Positions 23,911 through 34,432 of a DNA stretch of 64,000 nucleotides are shown piece after piece. The stretch covers positions 1,760,001 to 1,824,000 of the forward strand of contig CAVSCK010000004.1 in assembly GCA_963726455.1 (NCBI GenBank), given 5' to 3'. The notes beneath the pieces are model-generated. The model was not told the origin of the DNA and made no database searches. It saw only the letters and a program-made list of their open reading frames with translations. The position numbers and the translations under genes are program-made. The stretch is from an uncultured bacterium (lineage in GTDB: Bacteria; Zixibacteria; MSB-5A5; CAIYYT01). Every line of letters starts with the position of its first letter. The stretch's first letter is position 1.

Positions 23911-24620
23911 TAGTCTGTTCGGATTCCGACGATCTGAAAAGACGTGCCGCAGCAGAAATTGCCGAGCAAATTGGCAAAGCGCTTGATTCGAATAGACCGT
24001 TCTCAATTGCGCTGTCCGGTGGACATACTCCTCGGACATTGTATCGCCTCCTCGCTAAAGACTATCACGACCGAATTCGCTGGAATATTGTTCATCTCTT
24101 CTGGAGCGATGAACGCTTCGTGCAATACAGCAGTCCACTTAGCAACTTTGGAATGGCACGCGATGAGTTGATTGCACGCATTCCCATCCCCCCCGAAAAT
24201 GTACACCCAATGCCAACTGATTTTGAATCCCCGGAACTGGCCGCGACAAAGTATCAAGAGTTGTTGGAGAAATGGTTTTCCGCAGAATGGCCGAAGTTCG
24301 ACTTGGTGCTTCTCGGTGTCGGCACTGATGGCCATTCGGCATCGCTATTCCCGGGTTCGCCGGTTCTAAGCGAAACTCAGCGATGGGTTGCGCATGTAAA
24401 AGCTACCTCCGAGCCGCCTATGCGCCTCACCCTGACACTTCCGGCGATTAATGCCGCGCGACAAATCATTCTCTTGGCAGCTGGCAGGGAAAAGGCGGAA
24501 ATCGTCAAAGCGGTACTTGCAGATCAGGATCGCGGCGGCAAGCTCTACCCGGCAAGCATGGTCGGCGGACAAGCTGCTCTCATATGGTTGCTTGACCGCG
24601 ATGCAGCCGCCCTGCTCTAG
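23883..24620 (+). CDS. pgl: 6-phosphogluconolactonase
   Basis: ALSGGHTP, FWSDER, SNFG, LLGVGTDGHSASLFP, RLTLT; GTG 23883 chosen as start. Confidence 0.92.
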   Translation: MEKRKLREVIVCSDSDDLKRRAAAEIAEQIGKALDSNRPFSIALSGGHTPRTLYRLLAKDYHDRIRWNIVHLFWSDERFVQYSSPLSNFGMARDELIARIPIPPENVHPMPTDFESPELAATKYQELLEKWFSAEWPKFDLVLLGVGTDGHSASLFPGSPVLSETQRWVAHVKATSEPPMRLTLTLPAINAARQIILLAAGREKAEIVKAVLADQDRGGKLYPASMVGGQAALIWLLDRDAAALL

Positions 24621-24827
24621 TCGGTAAGCACACCCTCACTTTATTCTCCTACCAAATATCTGGGCCCACGGCACAATCGCCGACAGGTTCTGTCTATTCC
24701 TGCAACTACGCATCGGCAATGACGGATTTCCGGTTCTTCTTTGTGTATTTGAGCACTCTGCTTATTCCAATTCGCCAATAAAGAGCTTGCGTGTCCATTA
24801 GGTTTGGTATAGCTTTTGATCGTCTCG

Positions 24828-24856
24828 TTGACAGAATCCTGGATGGAACGTAGTCT
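24828..24856 (+). promoter_or_regulatory. Sigma70-type promoter for the M16 pair
   Basis: TTGACA-17-TAGTCT. Confidence 0.5.
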
Positions 24857-24939
24857 GATCTCTCGACGGGAACTAACGAAGACAAATGATTCACAGCGGA
24901 CTCAATTAACTCTCACCCAAAAGACAAGGAATAGCGCAG

Positions 24940-26466
24940 ATGTCAAGATGTCGATTTCCTATGGCAATTGCCATCGTCACGCTTCTGGTGTCATTAGCGC
25001 AAGCGCAGACGCCCGACGTGCGCCTGGACGTCAAGAAGCACACGCTGGCCAACGGTATGAGGATACTGGTTCTCGAGAATCACTCGGCGCCGGTCTTTTC
25101 CACGATCATTCGCTTCAACACCGGATCGGTTGATGAGCATCCCGGCATTACCGGTTCATCACACCTGCTCGAACACATGTTGTTCAAGGGAACAAAGATT
25201 GTCGGCACGAGCAATTACGAGGCCGAGGTTCCCATCATGGCCAAGATTGATACCCTGGCACATCGGCTTTATGCAGAGCAAGCGAAGATTCAGAGTCCGC
25301 TCAACCCTCAGGACTCCACAAAAATCAAGCAGTTGCGGCAACAAATGGCTGACCTGCAATCCGAGGAAAAGAAGTACGTAATTAAGGACGAGCTCTGGAG
25401 CACCTATCTGCAGAGCGGCGGCTCCGGTTTGAATGCCTCCACTAGTAATGACGGCACTCAATACTATGTCTCACTGCCTAAGAATCGGCTCGAATTGTGG
25501 GCGTTTCTGGAAAGTGACAGAATGGCGAATCTCGTGCTCAGAGAGTTCTACTCGGAACGTGATGTCGTCATGGAAGAGCGCCGATTGAGTGTCGAGAACC
25601 AGGTGAGAGGCCGGCTCGGCGAAGCATCATCTTCCGCTTTTTACAGCGCCTCGCCTTATTCCTGGCCGGTCGTCGGTTGGATGAGCGACCTGCAGACGTT
25701 GCAGCGCGAGGACGTCGAGGACTATTTCCGATCCCATTACTCGCCTTCAAACGCTGTGGTTGTAGTAGTCGGCGACGTAACTGCGGATGCAGTGTTTGCG
25801 ATTTGCGAGAAATACTTCAGCAAGATTCCGGCGCAGCCGTTGCCCCGTCCGGTGGTCACCCGTGACGCCCCGCAGGCAGGCGAAAAGAGAGTTGAAGTCG
25901 AATACGACGCGAATCCCGTCGGTGACATTTCCTGGCACGTGCCACAAATTGGGCATCCTGACCTCGCCGCTCTTGATGTTGCGGCGAATATACTGTCGAC
26001 CGGGCGCACTAGCCGCTTTTACAAGAACATTCGCGAGAAGAAGCTCGGGACAGCCAATGCCGGCGTTGATTACGGCCGCTATCCCAGCGCGTTCTCCTGT
26101 TCGATCACACCATACGGCGACCACACGATTCAGGAAATGGAAGCCGCGGTCTATGCTGAGATCGACAGACTCAAGACTGAGAAAGTGAGCGATTGGGAAC
26201 TGCAGAAGGTTCGCAATCAGGTGGACGCCCAGTTGCTTCGCTCCCTGGAAAATAATCGCGGACTGGCATCGCGAATTGCATCCAGCGAAGCCATGACTGG
26301 TGACTGGCATGACTTCATCAGTCGCGCTGATGCAGTAAAGAAAGTGACGGCTGACGACGTTATGCGAGTGGTCAACAAGTATCTGGTCAAAAGCAATCGC
26401 GTCGTGACCTACGTTGTGAGGCCGACCGCGGATCAACCGGCTGCCTCCGGCCCCAAGACGAATTAG
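24940..26466 (+). CDS. M16B zinc peptidase, catalytic subunit, secreted
   Basis: Signal peptide (..LAQA), TLANG, HLLEH (HxxEH), NAST, downstream ERDVVMEE. Confidence 0.9.
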   Translation: MSRCRFPMAIAIVTLLVSLAQAQTPDVRLDVKKHTLANGMRILVLENHSAPVFSTIIRFNTGSVDEHPGITGSSHLLEHMLFKGTKIVGTSNYEAEVPIMAKIDTLAHRLYAEQAKIQSPLNPQDSTKIKQLRQQMADLQSEEKKYVIKDELWSTYLQSGGSGLNASTSNDGTQYYVSLPKNRLELWAFLESDRMANLVLREFYSERDVVMEERRLSVENQVRGRLGEASSSAFYSASPYSWPVVGWMSDLQTLQREDVEDYFRSHYSPSNAVVVVVGDVTADAVFAICEKYFSKIPAQPLPRPVVTRDAPQAGEKRVEVEYDANPVGDISWHVPQIGHPDLAALDVAANILSTGRTSRFYKNIREKKLGTANAGVDYGRYPSAFSCSITPYGDHTIQEMEAAVYAEIDRLKTEKVSDWELQKVRNQVDAQLLRSLENNRGLASRIASSEAMTGDWHDFISRADAVKKVTADDVMRVVNKYLVKSNRVVTYVVRPTADQPAASGPKTN

Positions 26467-26482
26467 ACTGGAGTGTAATAAC

Positions 26483-27940
26483 ATGAAGAAATTATTGTCA
26501 CTTACGATAGCCCTATTACTACTCACGATGGCTTCGCTGGGAGCACAGACTTCGCCGGCAAAGTCCGCCGGTTCGAAGACCATCGACAATCTCATGCAGG
26601 GCAAAATCGATATCACTATTCCCAAGGTTGGCTCCGGAGTCGAGCGCATCGTGCTTGGCAACGGACTTACACTCTATTTCTATCAGGACAACAAACTTCC
26701 GCTCATCAACGCCTCAGCCATGATTCGTTGCGGAAGTATTTATGATTCGCCGGACAAGAACGGTTTGTCCGGATTGGTCGGCAATGTCATGCGATCGGGC
26801 GGGACCAAAACGGTCAGCGGTGACTCGCTGAATACGCTGCTCGAATACGTCGGCGGATCACTGGAACTCAACATCGGCTCCGAATCCGGCTCGGCGAATC
26901 TCAGCGTTCTATCTAAGGACATGGATCTGGGATTGCAGCTTCTTGCCGACATGTTGCGCAATCCGGCGTTTCCGCAGGACAAACTCGACCTGGCCAAGAC
27001 TGACGTCAAGAATCAGATCAGGCGTCGCAACGATGACCCCAATCGTCTGGTCAACATGTATTTCGCGAATACCGTATACGGCGATCACCCGTTCGGCCGA
27101 ATTCTGGATTGGTCAACCGTGAAAAGCATTACTGTGCAGGACCTCGCCGACTATCATCAGCGTTTCTTTACTCCCAACGGAATTATTTTGGGAATCTCCG
27201 GTGACTTCGACAAGACCGACCTGCTGGCGAAGGTGCAGAAATACTTCGGTGACTGGAAGAAGTCATCGCAGACCGTTCCGGATGCGCCGGCCGTCACGAT
27301 GAGTTACAAGCCGGGTGTCTACCAAGTCAAGAAAGACATCAACCAGGCCTATCTCGCTATCGGCGAACTGGGCATCAAGCGCGACAATCCTGACCGATAT
27401 GCGGTTGAGATTCTCAACTACATCCTCGGCGGCGGCTCGTTCACTTCCCGTTTGACCAGCCGTGTGCGGTCGGATGAGGGCCTTGCCTATCATGTTGGTT
27501 CCAGTTTCGACGTTGGTTCGCGTGATTACGGAACCTTCGAGGCCGACTGCCAGACGAAGAGCTCCACGGCATACAAGGCCACCAAGATTATTACCGAGGA
27601 AATCGAAAGCATCCGAAATGACGGTGTCACTGAACAGGAACTCAAGGAAGCACAGAGCGCCATCGTCAACCGTATGGTTTTCAACTTCGACACCGCTTCC
27701 AAGATCGTTCGCAGTCTGATGGGGCTGGAATATGACGGCTATCCGGCTGACTACTATGCAAAGTACTCGGACAACTGCCTCAAAGTGACGCAAGCCGATA
27801 TTAAGCAAGTTGCTCAGAAATATCTCAAACCCGATCAACTCACTTATATCGTGGTTGGCAAACCGGAGACGTTTGAGAAGCCGCTCACCGAATTCGGAAC
27901 GATTACAAATATCGAACCTAAGAAGCCGGTGACGGACTAG
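26483..27940 (+). CDS. M16B peptidase, non-catalytic partner subunit, secreted
   Basis: Signal peptide; lacks HxxEH; has LGGGSFTSRL..RVRSDEGLAY (R/Y motif). Confidence 0.88.
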   Translation: MKKLLSLTIALLLLTMASLGAQTSPAKSAGSKTIDNLMQGKIDITIPKVGSGVERIVLGNGLTLYFYQDNKLPLINASAMIRCGSIYDSPDKNGLSGLVGNVMRSGGTKTVSGDSLNTLLEYVGGSLELNIGSESGSANLSVLSKDMDLGLQLLADMLRNPAFPQDKLDLAKTDVKNQIRRRNDDPNRLVNMYFANTVYGDHPFGRILDWSTVKSITVQDLADYHQRFFTPNGIILGISGDFDKTDLLAKVQKYFGDWKKSSQTVPDAPAVTMSYKPGVYQVKKDINQAYLAIGELGIKRDNPDRYAVEILNYILGGGSFTSRLTSRVRSDEGLAYHVGSSFDVGSRDYGTFEADCQTKSSTAYKATKIITEEIESIRNDGVTEQELKEAQSAIVNRMVFNFDTASKIVRSLMGLEYDGYPADYYAKYSDNCLKVTQADIKQVAQKYLKPDQLTYIVVGKPETFEKPLTEFGTITNIEPKKPVTD

Positions 27941-27949
27941 TATAATCAA

Positions 27950-27985
27950 AGTCCGGTGGGCCAAATGGCCTGCCGGACTGCTTTT
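27950..27985. terminator. Probable (bidirectional) terminator between convergent genes
   Basis: AGTCCGGTGGGCCA-aa-TGGCCTGCCGGACT followed by GCTTTT; A-run on the left. Confidence 0.6.
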
Positions 27986-28046
27986 CAATACTGACTTTCA
28001 CAGTTTCCGCGCTCAGGCAAAGCGATCGATTTCCCTTATCACATTG

Positions 28047-30341
28047 TTAGTTAACGCGAATTCCGCCGCGCGCATTCTCTCGTGAATACAAGTACGATTT
28101 CAAACCTGCATACACCAAAGGCAGAATGCCTATGGTGATGAAGACCACATCACCCGGCAGTCTCAGCCACTCGATCGTCTTCACGAATTCCTGATCCAGA
28201 AACTCAGGGCTTCGGGCATGCCAGTATCCATTCTTCAGCACATCCAGGAGTTGAACGACCCCACCCGGAAACAGATTGGTTATCACCATAAGCGCCAATC
28301 CGGCATTAAGTCCCCAGAAAGATAAACGAACATATTTCTGGATCGTTGCCCATTGCGCGTCTGTCACGACCTGACGAAACGAAAATACCATCAAGGCAAC
28401 GGCCAGCATTCCGAATACACCCATCATGGCCGCGTGACCGTGATTCGGCGTCAGCATCGTCCCTACTTCAAAGTAGCTCACAATCGGCAGGTTGATCAGG
28501 AAACCGAAGATACCTGCGCCCACGAAGTTCCAGAAGCCGACCGCCATCAGAAAATAGAAAGTCCATTTGTGCGGAACGGATATGACCTGATTGCAGATAT
28601 CACATCGTCCCCGGGTGAGTTTGATGAAATCCCAGGCGTCGAGAGTTAGCAGCGTCAGCGGCACGGTTTCCATTGCCGAGAACATTGCCGCCAACGCAAG
28701 GGTGACCTCGGATTGTCCGGTCCAATACCAGTGATGGCCTGTGCCGACGATTCCACTGCCGAGGTATAGTATCGCGTCCAGATAAACGACTCGAGTTGCT
28801 GTGGTGTGTGTCACGAGTCCTAGTTTGAAGAAGATTACGGCTACCATCGCGGTCACGAAAAGCTCGAAGAAGCCTTCGACCCACAGATGGATGATCCAGA
28901 AACGCCAGGTGTCGACGACCGTGAAATTGGTCGTGCTACTGAAGAACATCGCGGGCAAGTAGAAGATCGGAATGGCGATGGCTGAATACAGAAACAGAGA
29001 GGATATCTCAGAGGTTTCGATGGCAGACCTCGCCGGTTTCAGCGCCCGAAATAGCAGAATCAGCCATAGCACTAGTCCGGCAGCCAAAAGGATTTGCCAT
29101 GCTCTTCCCAGGTCAAGATACTCCCAACCCTGGTGACCAAACCAAAACCACACATTGCCCAGGAGCTGATTAATTCCCAGAATCTCTCCGAGCAGGCTCC
29201 CAGCCACAACGATCACCAAGGCTCCAAAGAGCAGGTGTACTCCCCGCGATTGTCCTCGGGGTTCGGTTCCACCGACTGCGGGCGCCAGCAAAAGCCCTCC
29301 GCCGACGTAAGCCGTAGCGATCCAAAATATCGCCAATTGCAGGTGCCAGGTTCGCAGGATGTTGCTGGGAAATAGACTGGATATGTCGATACCGTAGAAG
29401 CTGCCCGGGTCGGCGCGGTAATGTGCGGTTGCGCCTCCGACTACTGCTTGTGCTAGAAACAGCACGGCTGCAATCAGGAAATACTTAATCGTGGCTCGTT
29501 GACTTGCTGTGGTCACTAGCGGCACCATCTGCGGATGAACGTGAGTGTTGTGGCCTTTCCAGCCAAGGTAGTCGAACTTCCCTACTATGAACAGCACAAG
29601 GCCTGTGGCCCCGAGGAGAGTAATCAGACTTAGTGTGCTCCAAAGATAAGAACCGGTCGTTGGCCGATTCCCCGATTCTGGAGCATAAGGAAAATTGTTA
29701 GTATAGGAGGAATTGAATCCGGGTCGATCGGCAACGGATGCCCAGGCAGCCCACGCGAAGAACGCCGTCAACTGTTTCAAATCGACTGAATCACGAATTG
29801 TCTTTGTCGTCAATCCCCGGTTATTCTGTGGCGTTGAGAAATATCCCGCCCAGTACCCGACCTGCTCGGAGAAAGCCGCCACTTCTGACGGAGTAAGTAC
29901 TAGTATACGACCGGCTGGATCGTAGCGATTTTGCTTCAACAGGCGCTCCGTCTCCCCCTGCGCACTCGATAGCTCCTCATCGATTAGCTCCGACGGGCTC
30001 TTGTTATAGCGCGTCAGGGCGACGTCTGATAACATTCGGATCGTGAGCGCATGGAGATATTGCGCTGAGAAGTCGGGACCCAAATAGGCGCCGTGCCCCC
30101 AAATCGTACCATTCTCCATCAAACCGTATTTCAGGAAGACGCTCTGTCCCGCGGTTACGTCATCTCCGGTCCAGATCAGCTTGCCTTCTGTCGAAATCGC
30201 TTTTTCGGGAATTGGTGGGGCGTTTTCGTAGCTCCGTACCGACACCCAGATTAGAATCGCCAGGCCAATCACGATTGTTACAATCGTGGCCTGTTTCCAC
30301 AATGGGGAAATGCGGTCGTTTACCTTAGCGACTGACTCCAT
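28047..30341 (-). CDS. norB: Quinol-dependent nitric oxide reductase (qNor)
   Basis: WGHGAYLGPDF, RTWHLQ, HLWVEGFFE, GTGHHWYW, NHGHAA, WLRLPGD; many TM segments. Confidence 0.93.
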   Translation of the reverse strand: MESVAKVNDRISPLWKQATIVTIVIGLAILIWVSVRSYENAPPIPEKAISTEGKLIWTGDDVTAGQSVFLKYGLMENGTIWGHGAYLGPDFSAQYLHALTIRMLSDVALTRYNKSPSELIDEELSSAQGETERLLKQNRYDPAGRILVLTPSEVAAFSEQVGYWAGYFSTPQNNRGLTTKTIRDSVDLKQLTAFFAWAAWASVADRPGFNSSYTNNFPYAPESGNRPTTGSYLWSTLSLITLLGATGLVLFIVGKFDYLGWKGHNTHVHPQMVPLVTTASQRATIKYFLIAAVLFLAQAVVGGATAHYRADPGSFYGIDISSLFPSNILRTWHLQLAIFWIATAYVGGGLLLAPAVGGTEPRGQSRGVHLLFGALVIVVAGSLLGEILGINQLLGNVWFWFGHQGWEYLDLGRAWQILLAAGLVLWLILLFRALKPARSAIETSEISSLFLYSAIAIPIFYLPAMFFSSTTNFTVVDTWRFWIIHLWVEGFFELFVTAMVAVIFFKLGLVTHTTATRVVYLDAILYLGSGIVGTGHHWYWTGQSEVTLALAAMFSAMETVPLTLLTLDAWDFIKLTRGRCDICNQVISVPHKWTFYFLMAVGFWNFVGAGIFGFLINLPIVSYFEVGTMLTPNHGHAAMMGVFGMLAVALMVFSFRQVVTDAQWATIQKYVRLSFWGLNAGLALMVITNLFPGGVVQLLDVLKNGYWHARSPEFLDQEFVKTIEWLRLPGDVVFITIGILPLVYAGLKSYLYSRENARGGIRVN

Positions 30342-30486
30342 AACTATCCTCCCGATATCGAATGACTCTGCTTAAGAAAACACTCTTTCGCGGTTCTGGA
30401 CAATCAGTATTCATGCGACTGAATCTGCTTGGAAATTTCCGGTGCTTTTCTCTTTGGTGCACAAACTTTGGCCTCAGCGGCCGTGA

Positions 30487-31665
30487 TCAGGTTCCAATCC
30501 GCCCTTTGAGGTTTGCAGCAGTGAACGGACCTGGCTCCGCTATTAACTTACGCGCCTGTTCAACCTGTCCCCAGACGTTCCAAAGCAGCACTCCCCTGAC
30601 TCTGCCGCTACTCAAGTAGTAGACCACGCCCTTCTGGAATTCTTCCTGCCAATCCTCGACCATCTCCAGCCGCGAATCGAGTTCACCTATTGCTTCGTAA
30701 CCCAAATCAAACAGGTCTGAATAGAAAAATGGCAAGTATTTGTACGCCCGTTGAGCGCCCGCCATGTTTGCGCCCGCCGCCCTGCCGCTGACATTCGCAT
30801 TGTCTTCATGCTCGACTCGAATTCTCCTATTGAGATGGGGACTGAAGAAATTCGCCACGTCACCGGCAGCGTAAATTCCCTGATGACTGGTCTGCAAAAA
30901 CTCATCGACGAGAATGCCGTTTTCCACCTTGACACCGATTGACTCTGCCAATGACGTCTCCGGCTCGATTCCGATTCCAGCCACGACACAATCGAATGTC
31001 CGTACACTTCCGCCGGACATCGTAATTACGAATTGCGAATTTCGCCGAATGAGTTTGGCGACTTTCTCGCCTGCGATAATCTCTGCTCCCTTTGACTCAA
31101 AGTAGCCCGACAGAAATGCGGATAATCTCTTTGGATATACATGATCTCCCAGAGTCGCGCTGGGGAAGATCAAAGTTACCAACCTGCCGTTCATAGCCAA
31201 CGCAGCCGCGATTTCCGAGCCAATGAATCCACCCCCGATGACGGCAACATGTTGCTCACCATTGCTCAGGTCACGCAATCTTTGATAGTCGTCCAGCGTG
31301 CGAAAATAGATTACGCCATCATCTGCAGACGACAGGCGCCGTACTTTGCCGCCAGTGGCGAGGAGCAATTTCGAATACGTGTATGCAACTCCCCGGTTAT
31401 CGGTCACTCGCCTGTTTGCCACATCGATGCCAATCGCAGTCGTCGACAAATGCAATTCGGCATGATCGGACGCAAACGGGCGCCAGACCTTTTCAATTGG
31501 GTCCCCTTTCCATAGTCCTTTTGATAGCGGTGGACGGTTATACGGCGGGTGGCTGTCGCTGCTGATGATTCCGATTGTCCCCTGTTGGTCGACTTCACGG
31601 ATGCCCTGGACTGCTGCATCGGCCGTCATCCCGCCACCAATAATCAGGTACTGGTAGTCAGGCAT
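30487..31665 (-). CDS. NAD(P)/FAD-dependent oxidoreductase (ferredoxin reductase/AIF/MDHAR-like)
   Basis: IIGGG, PYNRPPLSK, LLATG, GGGFIGSE, AAGDVA, RVEH. Confidence 0.88.
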   Translation of the reverse strand: MPDYQYLIIGGGMTADAAVQGIREVDQQGTIGIISSDSHPPYNRPPLSKGLWKGDPIEKVWRPFASDHAELHLSTTAIGIDVANRRVTDNRGVAYTYSKLLLATGGKVRRLSSADDGVIYFRTLDDYQRLRDLSNGEQHVAVIGGGFIGSEIAAALAMNGRLVTLIFPSATLGDHVYPKRLSAFLSGYFESKGAEIIAGEKVAKLIRRNSQFVITMSGGSVRTFDCVVAGIGIEPETSLAESIGVKVENGILVDEFLQTSHQGIYAAGDVANFFSPHLNRRIRVEHEDNANVSGRAAGANMAGAQRAYKYLPFFYSDLFDLGYEAIGELDSRLEMVEDWQEEFQKGVVYYLSSGRVRGVLLWNVWGQVEQARKLIAEPGPFTAANLKGRIGT

Positions 31666-31743
31666 ATGCTCCTCCTTATGAATATGTTACGTGGTCTCTA
31701 CCCTGCATCTTAGTGATTATCGCCTGGCAAATGCAGGAGATGT

Positions 31744-31772
31744 TTGCACGGTATGGCAGAACAGCGTATCTT
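31744..31772 (+). promoter_or_regulatory. Sigma70-type promoter of selD
   Basis: TTGCAC-17-TATCTT, 11 nt before ATG 31784. Confidence 0.5.
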
Positions 31773-31783
31773 GGTCAGTCGTT

Positions 31784-32839
31784 ATGAAGAACAGTAAAGA
31801 TGAGATATCGGTCAAGCTAACGGCACAGGTTTCCTGCGCCGGCTGAGCATCGAAATTGGGGCCAAAGTTTTTGGCCGAAGTACTAAAATCGTTACCGCCG
31901 AACTCGAACTCGAACTTGTTGGTCGGATTTGAGACATCTGATGACGCAGGCGTGTACAGAATTAACGATCGGCAAGCATTGGTGCAGACGGTGGACTTCT
32001 TTCCGCCGATCGTCGATGATCCATATTATTTCGGCCAGATCGCGGCGGCAAACGCCTTGTCCGATATCTACGCCATGGGAGGCAAACCGCTGACGGCATT
32101 GAATATTGTTGCTTTCCCATCAAGCTCAATGCCGGGGGAAATTCTGGCCCGCATACTTAGAGGTGGCGCCGACAAGATCAAGGAGGCCGGTGTTGTCATC
32201 GTCGGCGGCCATTCGATCAAGGATAAAGAGTTGAAGTACGGCGTGGCAGCCACCGGAATTATCGATATCGACAAGATCGTGAGAAACGTCGGCGCGCAGG
32301 CCGGCGACCGCTTGTATCTAACTAAACCATTGGGGACGGGCATAATCACTACTGCCCTAAAACATGATGCCGCAGATCCGGCTGATGTCAGCGCGGCTAC
32401 AGAATCAATGACACGCCTGAACGACAAAGCGTCCGAGCTCATGGTTAAATACTGTGCGCATGCGGCAACGGACATTACCGGTTACGGGATACTCGGCCAC
32501 GCGTACGAGATGGCAAGCGGCTCCCGGGTTACATTCAGTTTGACGTTCGATAAATTGCCCCTGCTTCCCAACGTGCTCCAATACGCAGAGGCGGGGCATC
32601 TTACAGGAGGCGCTTCAGCAAATCGCGAGTATCTGGAAGACAAGACAATGATTTCCAAAGAGCTGTCTGGTCCGCAAGTTGATCTTCTGTTCGATGCTCA
32701 AACCTCGGGTGGCCTGCTGATCGCGTTGCCGAAGGCAAGTGGTGACCTGCTGATGCAGGAGGCCATGTCTCTTGGCTTGTCAGTCTGGGAAATCGGCTAT
32801 GTCGCTCCACAGGGAGCGTTCGCGATTGAAGTCGTTTAG
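31784..32839 (+). CDS. selD: Selenide, water dikinase; selenoprotein with Sec at codon 21 (TGA 31844-31846)
   Basis: MKNSKDEISVKLTAQVSCAG-U-ASKLGP is in frame with DDAGVY, QTVDFF, ANALSDIYAMGG, GGHS, TDITGYG, DAQTSGGLL. The TGA aligns with the catalytic Cys/Sec of G(C/U)xxK. Confidence 0.93.
31847..31876 (+). promoter_or_regulatory. Candidate bacterial SECIS element
   Basis: GGCCAAA-GTT-TTTGGCC hairpin at 31860-31876; apical G is 21 nt downstream of the UGA. Confidence 0.6.
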
Positions 32840-32860
32840 GAGATTAACCCTCGGCTCTTG

Positions 32861-34348
32861 TCACTCGCCAAATACCAGGGCTTGAAACTTGTGAATCACG
32901 GCATCCGGGTTCTTGTATGCGTCGCTCGGCAACCCCGCCTTCTCACATGTTTGCTCCAGAAACTGCGTGCGATTCCAGCCATAGTCCGTCGCCACCTGAG
33001 GCAGCAACAGGCCCCGATTGTTTCCGAGAGAAATCATGAGGCCATCGCGACCGACTTGGATGTCATCCAGCGACTCTACCTGCACCAGCGGCGTCAGAAC
33101 CGAAATCTCAAGCTTTAGTTTCGGCACTTCAGAAGCGACGACCGGTACGAAACGAGGGTCCGAGACAGCCGCTTTAACTGCACAATCGGAGACCGTCTTG
33201 TAAAGCGGCTCGACTGCTATCGTGTAGCCGATGCAGCCGCGTAGTTGCCCATTCTCGTTCAGAGTGACAAACGCAGCGCCCGGTGCCTTGAGTCTTTCCG
33301 ACACGTCGAAGTCAGGCACTGTTCCTTTGGCCAAGTAGCTCTCAATCGACCTGCGGGCAATTTCCAGGAGCATCTTCTTGTCGCCCGCCGACAGCGCGGT
33401 CGATTGCTCCTCAGGTGTCTTTTCAATCTGTCCCTGTTTCTCGGGATCAGTCTTCTTCGTAGGAGACGACGACTTGTAGATCGCGGCTGCAACATATCCG
33501 ACCACTGTGGATTTGTCTCCGGTGATGTCACCGGAATCGCCATACCGCAATATCTTCACTTTGTCGGCGCCCATCGCCTTGGCGGCTTTCAGCACGGCAA
33601 GAACGGGGCCACCGCCACACATTTCCACCTGCCCCGTGCTCAGATATTGCTGAAGCTTCGCTATTTTGAATTTGTCCAGGCAGTCCATGCCCAGCGAATC
33701 CATTTTGTAGCCCTCTTTCGCCGGGCGATAATGTTGCCAATCCGAAGATGCGATCATAACTGAATGATTATCCAGCTTCAGGGATGCCAGAGCTTTCGCG
33801 GTGAGATCAATTTCCATTGCGCTCTGCGTTCCCATAACCAGCGGCACAATACGGAAATCCTTCAGTACCGTCTGCAAGAACGGAACCTGCACCTCCAGCG
33901 AATGCTCGCGCTCATGCGGTTGAGATGCAACTGCGAATAGTTCGTTGAATGCGAGAACCTTGTTGCAGAGAGAGTCGTCGCACGCAACGTTTCCCAATGG
34001 CGTTTTCCATATGATGCCCGGTCCATAGACCGATACGCCCTGGTATCGAACGTAATGCGATGGTCCACAGAGAATGACCTTCTTAATGCCGGAATCTTGC
34101 AGGAGCTTGTATGAATATGCGGCCACCGGACCTGAGTACGGATAGCCCGCGTGCGGAACGACCAGCGCGATAAGCCGTCCTTCGATGGCCGGCTCGCTGA
34201 CCTTGCCTAGAAACGACTCGACCGCTCCTCTCAATTCCGCGCTATCTGCCGGATAGAATTGGCCTGCCACCGCCGGCTGCCTTATTGTGGCGCTTTGTGA
34301 AACGGCAACGGCGAATATCAACGTGCAGAGTATCACGAATCTTTTCAT
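32861..34348 (-). CDS. amrB: AmmeMemoRadiSam protein B (Memo) - protein A (AMMECR1) fusion with Sec-type signal peptide
   Basis: MKRFVILCTLIFAVAVSQSA; RQPAVAGQFYP, PHAGY, GPSH, EHSLEVQ, SSD..HY; then AFVTL..LRGCIG, DPRF, EISVLTP, GLLLPQVA. SD GGAGGAG. Confidence 0.92.
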   Translation of the reverse strand: MKRFVILCTLIFAVAVSQSATIRQPAVAGQFYPADSAELRGAVESFLGKVSEPAIEGRLIALVVPHAGYPYSGPVAAYSYKLLQDSGIKKVILCGPSHYVRYQGVSVYGPGIIWKTPLGNVACDDSLCNKVLAFNELFAVASQPHEREHSLEVQVPFLQTVLKDFRIVPLVMGTQSAMEIDLTAKALASLKLDNHSVMIASSDWQHYRPAKEGYKMDSLGMDCLDKFKIAKLQQYLSTGQVEMCGGGPVLAVLKAAKAMGADKVKILRYGDSGDITGDKSTVVGYVAAAIYKSSSPTKKTDPEKQGQIEKTPEEQSTALSAGDKKMLLEIARRSIESYLAKGTVPDFDVSERLKAPGAAFVTLNENGQLRGCIGYTIAVEPLYKTVSDCAVKAAVSDPRFVPVVASEVPKLKLEISVLTPLVQVESLDDIQVGRDGLMISLGNNRGLLLPQVATDYGWNRTQFLEQTCEKAGLPSDAYKNPDAVIHKFQALVFGE

Positions 34349-34432
34349 TGGACTCCTCCGGACTGATTCAGGCCCAAAGTGGTGCGGGCAAAAACCGTAC
34401 CCCTTCCGCCAGTAAGGGTGTATATTCAGTAT

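Noticed and set aside
25747-27988. Long antisense ORFs (304 and 241 aa) over the M16 genes, and similar shadows such as 43801-44691
   Set aside because: No recognisable motifs; typical antisense shadows of GC-biased coding sequence.
28047-30341. qNor as an NO dismutase (Nod)
   Set aside because: Catalytic Glu and His ligands are canonical for qNor.
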